Positions 58,007-64,000 of a stretch of DNA of 64,000 bases are shown here, piece after piece (positions within the stretch are counted from its first letter, which is position 1; each line of letters begins with the position of its first letter). The notes beneath the pieces are model-generated. The model saw only the letters and a program-made list of their open reading frames with translations. It was not told where the DNA came from and made no database searches. A program made the position numbers and the translations under genes. The stretch is taken from the NCBI GenBank assembly GCA_023898625.1, contig CP060231.1, positions 609,890-673,889 of the forward strand. The letters are read 5' to 3'. The DNA comes from Candidatus Nomurabacteria bacterium (GTDB taxonomy: Bacteria; Patescibacteriota; Saccharimonadia; Saccharimonadales; JAGQNJ01).

Positions 58007-58549
58007 ATGAGCAAAAATCTAGACCCAAATCAATTTGAAAATATTGAGTATATACCTGATTCATCACAGGCCGAATCACTGTATTTTCCGGCTTTCCCAG
58101 CTGTAGAGTCTGGCAAATTAGACATACATTCTTTGGATCCTCATAACCCGCAGTTTGCTGGAATGATGGTTCGCAATGGGCTTATTCCGGATCAAGCTGG
58201 GTCATTGGTGTTGCCAGGCGACGGGTTTGGTGCGTATGATTTAGTAAAAGGGTATTTAGACGGAGACGAGTTGCGTGTTTTTCCTGCAGATAAATCTGCT
58301 GTTGATAAAGAGAGTCGAAGAATTAATTCGTCAATCGGGTTAGTTATATTATCGAACTTTAACGACGGGACTATTCGTCCAGTTGCTGAAGTGGTTGACG
58401 TGTCAAGGACAGACTGGAATCGTGGATATCGAAGTATGGGCACCTGTGCGTTGAGGCCGTTTGGTATTAATTCACAGATTTTCGGAGTTGAAGACTTGTG
58501 CAAGAACGACGGCACAATAATTGCAAAATTACCAAAAAGATATTTCTAG
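58007..58549 (+). CDS. Hypothetical protein (180 aa)
   Basis: AAGGAG SD upstream of the ATG. No motif recognised. Confidence 0.55.
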   Translation: MSKNLDPNQFENIEYIPDSSQAESLYFPAFPAVESGKLDIHSLDPHNPQFAGMMVRNGLIPDQAGSLVLPGDGFGAYDLVKGYLDGDELRVFPADKSAVDKESRRINSSIGLVILSNFNDGTIRPVAEVVDVSRTDWNRGYRSMGTCALRPFGINSQIFGVEDLCKNDGTIIAKLPKRYF

Positions 58550-58596
58550 CCAGCCTGTCTATCTGATAAAATACCATGGTAGCTCTCTGGTATTTT

Positions 58597-58670
58597 GGCG
58601 CGTTGGCCGAGAAGTTAGGTACAGGTCTGCAAAACCTGTTAGACGGGAGCGTTACCCGTACGCGCCTCCA
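58597..58670 (+). tRNA. tRNA-Cys (anticodon GCA), CCA encoded, atypical D and T loops
   Basis: Acceptor GGCGCGT/ACGCGCC. Discriminator T (U73, as expected for Cys). Anticodon arm CAGGT-CTGCAAA-ACCTG. T arm ACGGG-AGCGTTA-CCCGT. D region GCCG-AGAAGTT-AGGT. Missed by the ORF track, which places two spurious ORFs here. Confidence 0.75.
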
Positions 58671-58787
58671 AATTATGTCGTTAAGACTTTTAGTAGTTCG
58701 GGGAATGTTGGGTCCCAAAAATGATATTTGTCATTAAATATATGAGCAGTTGCGCTAGGGATATCTGCTTGGAATTTAGCAATCTCA

Positions 58788-59261
58788 TTAAATGGGTACT
58801 ATAGGGTCGTTTTTGCTGTGAAAAAGATGTATGTTATCGCTACTTTTAATAATCTTTTTAGCTGATTTAATTTTAAAACTACCCATTTCTTCTTTTGATT
58901 CGTCGTTATAACCAGGAGCTATGAGTATAATACGTTTGGCTTTATTTTTTAGCGGATTCTTCTGTAGATATTTTACTAGGAACATTCCGCCTAAACTGTG
59001 ACCAACTAGTTGAAAATCTGACGATAGCAAACTTAGCATCTTTTCGAAGTAAGTAGACCATTCTAAGAATTTTGCATTTGCTGAATTCGGCATTGTCGGA
59101 GTTAAAACGTCGTAGGTAGGAAGTTCGCCTGCTATCCAGCTTCGCCAGTTTTGATTATAAATTAGATTAGCATAGTCAAGTTTGTGCTGTTTCAAATATT
59201 TCAGATAAGCGCTGTAAGTAGAGAAGCTGTTGCCTCCGTGAATTATCAAGATTTGTTTCAC
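58788..59261 (-). CDS. Alpha/beta serine hydrolase (YdeN/RBBP9-like)
   Basis: 157 aa. ILIIHGG, nucleophile elbow LVGHSLGG, late HSKNDPIVP. Confidence 0.7.
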   Translation of the reverse strand: MKQILIIHGGNSFSTYSAYLKYLKQHKLDYANLIYNQNWRSWIAGELPTYDVLTPTMPNSANAKFLEWSTYFEKMLSLLSSDFQLVGHSLGGMFLVKYLQKNPLKNKAKRIILIAPGYNDESKEEMGSFKIKSAKKIIKSSDNIHLFHSKNDPIVPI

Positions 59262-59323
59262 ATTTTTAGTATATCAGATGTTATAATAATGAAATGCACT
59301 TGACGCGAAGGTCTTTTGCTAAT

Positions 59324-59411
59324 GGGCGAGTGGCGGAATTGGTATACGCGACGGACTTAAAATCCGTTGGCTGAATAAGCCTTGAGAGTTCGAGTCTCTC
59401 CTCGCCCACCA
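59324..59411 (+). tRNA. tRNA-Leu (anticodon TAA), CCA encoded
   Basis: Acceptor GGGCGAG/CTCGCCC. Anticodon arm ACGGA-CTTAAAA-TCCGT. Long variable arm. T arm GAGAG-TTCGAGT-CTCTC. Confidence 0.9.
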
Positions 59412-59561
59412 AATTGGTACTAAAATGGGTTCTAGCCTGGACGTAAAAACTCACCGAAGAGAAACTTAATTAATATGGCGGCGAGTTGTGTCGGAAACAC
59501 GTGCGACACAGATTGTCGTACATTAGTTTTATGAAAAATAGCTCATGACATAGCCAAAAAC

Positions 59562-59927
59562 TCATAACCTAACGTCTTCGGACTGCATAGATCTGGCGTA
59601 GCTACGCTGGCGATGACAATTTGAGCACACAACTTCACACTTTGCTAACTCATTCTTTAAGCCAGTACGATTGTTATTAGTAATAAACTTATTTATTAAT
59701 GCTTCCTTGTCTTTTATGTGATCGAAATCCATCACGTAGTAAGGGTAGTTGATGCCACAATCTGTGCATGGCGTAGTCTGTTTCATTTGCCGAATATAGT
59801 CTTTGAGTTCATCTCTGCGCTTTTTATTGCTTTGAATATACTTCTTTTTGTTCGTAAGATAATGAAGCTTACTGTATGCTCTCTGTTTTTCTGAGTCCTT
59901 ATACGGCATATTTTGGATTATAACCAA
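59562..59927 (-). CDS. Free-standing HNH endonuclease
   Basis: 121 aa. CTDCG...DFDHIKDK...N...CSNCHRQR (Cys4 + HNH core), basic N-terminus. Confidence 0.8.
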   Translation of the reverse strand: MVIIQNMPYKDSEKQRAYSKLHYLTNKKKYIQSNKKRRDELKDYIRQMKQTTPCTDCGINYPYYVMDFDHIKDKEALINKFITNNNRTGLKNELAKCEVVCSNCHRQRSYARSMQSEDVRL

Positions 59928-59975
59928 GTTTAGCGGTTATATCCATATTTATTTATGTTACAATTATTGCGATAA

Positions 59976-60052
59976 GCCCCCGTAGCTCAGTGGATTAGAG
60001 CAAGACGGTTCTAACGTTTAGGTCGTAGGTTCGAGTCCTACCGGGGGTACCA
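59976..60052 (+). tRNA. tRNA-Arg (anticodon TCT), CCA encoded
   Basis: Acceptor GCCCCCG/CGGGGGT (G1-U72). D arm GCTC-AGTGGATTA-GAGC. Anticodon arm AGACG-GTTCTAA-CGTTT. T arm GTAGG-TTCGAGT-CCTAC. Confidence 0.85.
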
Positions 60053-60210
60053 TAAAAGAACTAAAATTTGAATTGTGGCGCGAAAGCACCGTTTTTTCTT
60101 TGACTTCGCGGAGCGCAAGCCAAATGTTCTTGGGGCATAATTTTAAGGTAGCCTTAGCTACGCCTTTTAGGGTTGTCTATGAAGATCGATGTATTCTGTA
60201 TTATCAGCTA

Positions 60211-61863
60211 TTATTTTGTAACACTTGTTACGTAGTTTGCGTATTGATCATTATGCACACTAACTTGCCAGGTTCCATTGGGCGCACTATTGCTTGGGGC
60301 AAATATATATTGTGTTCCGCCTCTAGTTAGATAGCTTTTGGGTCTAAGCCAGTATGTTCCATTATTTTGAATTGTAGCACCACAAGATTGAGTAGCAAAA
60401 ATCCGACAACCTATCAGTATGATTTCGTCGCTACCTAGACTACCAGAAGCTGATCGCCAAATATGGCCAACGGCAGGCTGGTTTGGTGAATCTATTTGAT
60501 CACCCAAAAGATTGTCCTGCATTAAGGCTAAGTTTAAAAGGGTAGCTTTGTGTGCATTTATTCTACCAAACCCGTACTCATCAGTTTTATTGGTATTAAA
60601 CATTAACGGAACTGTATCAGCACTTTCGGTTAGAATTGACTCTACTTGTTTTGGTGTAAGGCCGGGATTTTGGGCGACTAATATTGACACCAATCCACTC
60701 ACTAGTGGCGCCGAAAATGACGTACCACTACCTGAAGCGTAGGAATTTGTGGATCCATTGTTGTATACAGGCAAAGGTCCTACAGAACTACCAGGGGCAA
60801 TGACATCTAATTGAGGGCCATAGCCTGAATAATCAGCGCGTTGATCTGTATTAGTGGACGAGCCAACTGCAATCACCTCTGGGTAAAGGGCTGGATAGGT
60901 CATCCTTCCTGGTGCAGAAAGTGCATTACAAAAAGTTTGATTATTCATTGCGCAATTACCGCTCGCACCAACCACAGTGATATTATTGCTAATTGCTCTC
61001 TGGATGGCACTTAGTAGTGTTTGGTCAAATTGATCAGAACCTAGGCTAAGATTAATAACATTAACATGCATATCTGTGGCATAGTCAATGGCCGAAACAA
61101 CGCTGTTTGTATAAGCTTCACCATCGTCACTGAAGATTTGTAACGGAAGAATTTTAACATTTTGATCGATACCACTGTTGCCGATGTTATTGTTTGTAGT
61201 TGCGCCGATTACACCTGCAACCATTGTGCCGTGATGTACTGCATCTCCAGATGTATTGGTTGTTCCAGCTTGAGGACTGTTATCATTATTAATAAAATCG
61301 TATCCACGATAATCGTCGATATACCCATTGTTATCATCGTCACAATTATTGGTTGATTTGTCCTGCGCGGAGCCAGTCCAGCAGTTGTCACCATCTTGAG
61401 TTTGACCCGATTCACCGAGATTGGAGCGCCAGCGATTTACTAAATCTTCGTGATTAAGTTCAAATCCAGAGTCAATTACGGCCACAGTCTTCGTGTTGTC
61501 GCCAATCGATAGATCCCAAGCTCTGTTGACTTGTATTTTTGATAGCGCCCAATTAGAACCGTAGTATGGGTCGTTTGCGTCACTCATTAAATAGTAAGGT
61601 ATTTGTGGGGCATTTGGGTTACTTCTGAGCGTTGTGGATGTTGCGATAAGTTTGGGTTTGGGTGTATTTGTATGTGTTACAGTTGCTGGATTGTTTTGTT
61701 CAGAATTAGTTGAGCTACCTGTTGTTGGTTGAGATGTTGTGTTTATGGGAGTAGCGGTTGGTGTTTGAGGTGGTGGGCTATGATCTTTTGTTTTTAAAAA
61801 GACCACAAAAGATAGTGCTAATAACAGAAAAACAACACAGGTAAATTTTATGGTTTTTTTCAT
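60211..61863 (-). CDS. Secreted subtilisin-like serine protease (S8) with C-terminal extra domain
   Basis: 550 aa. Signal/TM FTCVVFLLLALSFVVFL. Catalytic D (VAVIDSGF), H (HGTMVAGVIG), S (GTSFSAPLVSG). Confidence 0.9.
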   Translation of the reverse strand: MKKTIKFTCVVFLLLALSFVVFLKTKDHSPPPQTPTATPINTTSQPTTGSSTNSEQNNPATVTHTNTPKPKLIATSTTLRSNPNAPQIPYYLMSDANDPYYGSNWALSKIQVNRAWDLSIGDNTKTVAVIDSGFELNHEDLVNRWRSNLGESGQTQDGDNCWTGSAQDKSTNNCDDDNNGYIDDYRGYDFINNDNSPQAGTTNTSGDAVHHGTMVAGVIGATTNNNIGNSGIDQNVKILPLQIFSDDGEAYTNSVVSAIDYATDMHVNVINLSLGSDQFDQTLLSAIQRAISNNITVVGASGNCAMNNQTFCNALSAPGRMTYPALYPEVIAVGSSTNTDQRADYSGYGPQLDVIAPGSSVGPLPVYNNGSTNSYASGSGTSFSAPLVSGLVSILVAQNPGLTPKQVESILTESADTVPLMFNTNKTDEYGFGRINAHKATLLNLALMQDNLLGDQIDSPNQPAVGHIWRSASGSLGSDEIILIGCRIFATQSCGATIQNNGTYWLRPKSYLTRGGTQYIFAPSNSAPNGTWQVSVHNDQYANYVTSVTK

Positions 61864-61972
61864 TTTTAGTGATCCTATAAATAGTATAAACCATAAGCTA
61901 GATTATCTATAATGGTTGCAACAAACTATTAACAGCGTGATACAATATATTTATGATAAATAAAGGAATCAG

Positions 61973-62527
61973 ATGATGGTGTTAATAATAATTGGCGTAA
62001 TAGTAGTTATCGGCATAGTGGTTGCACTTATTTATAATGGTTTAGTTAGATCAAAGGTTCGAGTTGACGAAGCCTGGAGTGATATTACCGTTCAGCTCAA
62101 AAGACGAACTGATTTAATCCCAAACCTTGTTGAAACCGTTAAGGGATATGCAAAACATGAGAAGAGTGTATTTGAAGAAGTAACCAAAGCTCGCACTGCT
62201 ATCATGGATGCTAAAGGGGTTAAAGATACCGCACATGCTGATAACATGTTTGAGGGTGCGCTGAAGAGTTTGTTTGCCGTAGCAGAAGCATACCCAGACC
62301 TAAAGGCGAATGAAAATTACAAACAATTACAAGAAGAGCTTGTTGACACAGAGGATAAAATTCAGGCGTCTCGACGGTTTTACAATGGAGCCGTGCGAGA
62401 TTTGAATACTAAAATTCAAGTTTTCCCGACAAACATTTTCGCTGGAATGCTAGGGTTTAGTGCTCGTGAGTTTTTTGAAGTTGAAGATCGTAAATCTATA
62501 GAAGAACCAGTCCAAGTAAAACTTTAG
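61973..62527 (+). CDS. lemA: LemA-family protein
   Basis: 184 aa. N-terminal TM, YNGLVRSKVRVDEAWSDI, RRFYNGAVRDLNT. Confidence 0.88.
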   Translation: MMVLIIIGVIVVIGIVVALIYNGLVRSKVRVDEAWSDITVQLKRRTDLIPNLVETVKGYAKHEKSVFEEVTKARTAIMDAKGVKDTAHADNMFEGALKSLFAVAEAYPDLKANENYKQLQEELVDTEDKIQASRRFYNGAVRDLNTKIQVFPTNIFAGMLGFSAREFFEVEDRKSIEEPVQVKL

Positions 62528-62658
62528 TTAAAGACTTAGGAATTTTGCCTATTTGGCTGAACAAAATTTAACAGAATAGGTTTGGCTTGTAGTACTTGTA
62601 TTGTTATACGAAAAGAGTTGTTTAGCTAGATAGTTTGTTTTTTTAGGTTCTTCATTTT

Positions 62659-63564
62659 GTGACTTCAAAAACTAAAATAGGTATAATAGTTTCTATGTAT
62701 AGTGAGATTTCTGCAAATAAACGAAAAACCGTATTTATGATGTTTTTCTTTATTGTGTTGATTTCTGGGTTGGCCTGGGCAATAACTAGCTTGCTTCAGT
62801 TAGATCAATATGTGACATATTATGTTGTGATAGGGGCATTAGTGTATGTACTGGTGAGTTATTATTCTAGTTCCAAGATGATGTTGAGTATCAATGGAGC
62901 AAAACCAATTTCAAAAAAAGATAACCCAAGAGTCTATAGAATTGTTGAAAACCTTGCGATAACAGAAGGCTTACCGATGCCTAAAGTCTATGTCATTAAC
63001 GATCCTGCACTGAATGCTTTTGCGACTGGACATAATCCAAATTCTGCATCTGTGGCTGTAACCACGGGATTGTTAGAAGTTTTGAATGATGCGGAGCTAG
63101 AAGGCGTGATGGCGCATGAAATGGGGCATGTAAAGAACTATGATATTCGCGTATCGTTGGTAGCTTTTGCGCTTGTAGCAGTCATCGGCATCATGTCAGA
63201 CATAATACTGAGATTGAGTTGGTTTGCCGATGATGAAGATAATCAATTTACTATTTTGTTTGGGCTTATTGGTGCATTGCTGGCGCCACTGGTGGCTGGG
63301 TTGATACAGTTAGCGGTTTCTCGCAAACGAGAGTACTTGGCCGATGCAACAGGTGCGTTAACAACCAGGTATCCTCAAGGACTAGCCAGTGCACTCAAAA
63401 AAATTGGATCTGATGGTGGGATTATGAAAAAACAAAATAGCTCAACTGCTCATCTTTTTTTTGCAAATCCACTAAAAAAAGGTAGCCTGAGTGGTTTGTT
63501 CAGTACGCATCCACCCATTGAGGAGCGTATAAAGCGGCTGAACAACATGGAGGATGCAGTTTAA
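62659..63564 (+). CDS. htpX: Zinc metalloprotease HtpX (M48)
   Basis: HEMGHVKNYD, TM pairs, EYLADATGA, HPPIEERI. The ORF opens at GTG 62659, but ATG 62695 lies 7 nt after TATAAT (62682-62687) and is the likelier start. Confidence 0.9.
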   Translation: MTSKTKIGIIVSMYSEISANKRKTVFMMFFFIVLISGLAWAITSLLQLDQYVTYYVVIGALVYVLVSYYSSSKMMLSINGAKPISKKDNPRVYRIVENLAITEGLPMPKVYVINDPALNAFATGHNPNSASVAVTTGLLEVLNDAELEGVMAHEMGHVKNYDIRVSLVAFALVAVIGIMSDIILRLSWFADDEDNQFTILFGLIGALLAPLVAGLIQLAVSRKREYLADATGALTTRYPQGLASALKKIGSDGGIMKKQNSSTAHLFFANPLKKGSLSGLFSTHPPIEERIKRLNNMEDAV

Positions 63565-64000
63565 TGAGTCCAACAAGAAGACGAAAAAAACCACAATATA
63601 AACCCTTTCGTCTAAGAACGAAGATAAAGCCCCCAATCTCTAAAGACCTGCCTTCAGTTAGGAAATTGATTTTTGACACGTGCCTGCATATGTGGCGATA
63701 TAGAAAAGTGTTTGTAGGGGTAATATTAATATACATCGTTTTGAACCTAGTACTTGTTAAGAGTCTGTCTTCTGCTTTAGACATTCCAGCCTTAAAACAA
63801 GAATTGAAAGAAAGTTCTGTGGCAAGTGGCGCAACGCTGAATGCTGTGCTTTTAGGCGTTGTTGTTAGTTCAGGCTCAAATGGATCAACCGAAGTTTCCA
63901 GCTTATATCAAACAATTATCACAGTAGTATTTATGCTTTCGTTCATTTGGCTGTTTCGCGAAACACATGAGCACAAGCTAAAGAGAATTCAATTAAAGAT
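63564..64000 (+). CDS. Hypothetical membrane protein, 3'-truncated by the window edge
   Basis: ATG 63564 overlaps the htpX stop (TAATG). Frame stays open to nt 64000 (MSPTRRRKKPQYKPF...VFVGVILIYIVLNLVLV...). Not in the ORF track because it has no stop within the window. Confidence 0.6.
   Translation, partial: MSPTRRRKKPQYKPFRLRTKIKPPISKDLPSVRKLIFDTCLHMWRYRKVFVGVILIYIVLNLVLVKSLSSALDIPALKQELKESSVASGATLNAVLLGVVVSSGSNGSTEVSSLYQTIITVVFMLSFIWLFRETHEHKLKRIQLK

Noticed and set aside
58467-58724. ORFs 58467-58718(-) and 58521-58724(+).
   Set aside because: They overlap each other and a cloverleaf-forming tRNA-Cys gene (58597-58670). No translation signals were seen.

Overview
The window is a low-GC, gene-dense bacterial chromosome segment. 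Hand counts on typical 60-nt lines give about 32-35% G+C. Small streamlined housekeeping genes alternate with very large repetitive surface proteins, and sortase-type (LAxTG) sorting signals are present. My inference only is that this fits a reduced, Gram-positive-type Patescibacteria/CPR (Saccharibacteria-like) genome.

Recognisable core genes:
- DNA repair and nucleases: tatD, uvrA, uvrC, sbcB, ruvX
- tRNA and translation: mnmA, trhO, a short alaS, rplY (bL25), obg, a NifS/IscS-type cysteine desulfurase
- Envelope and division: an ftsA-like gene, mltG, secG, a dedA-family gene, lemA, htpX
- Metal homeostasis: a csoR plus copper P-type ATPase operon with its palindromic operator
- Seven tRNA genes, all encoding CCA

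Accessory or unusual content:
1. A >2,590-aa ORF, cut by the window edge, fuses a DUF285/FN3/GLUG/NHL ectodomain to a histidine kinase whose H-box and ATPase domain are separated by a TM hairpin.
2. Two tandem 142-bp units lie directly behind tRNA-Phe, and each ends in a copy of the tRNA 3' end.
3. A roughly 0.7-kb high-GC island encodes a 4-TM protein next to a bifunctional peptidoglycan hydrolase.
4. A secreted NHL protein is built of 141-bp repeats.
5. An 888-aa protein carries about 17 copies of a 21-aa (63-bp) repeat.
6. Palindrome-bearing intergenic tandem repeats lie at 29.5 kb.
7. An 18-bp perfect inverted repeat pair lies upstream of an LAxTG surface protein.
8. tRNA-Cys is atypical.
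9. A -10 box lies 6-10 nt upstream of the start codon at many genes, implying leaderless mRNAs.

No rRNA, CRISPR array, transposase or integrase was seen.
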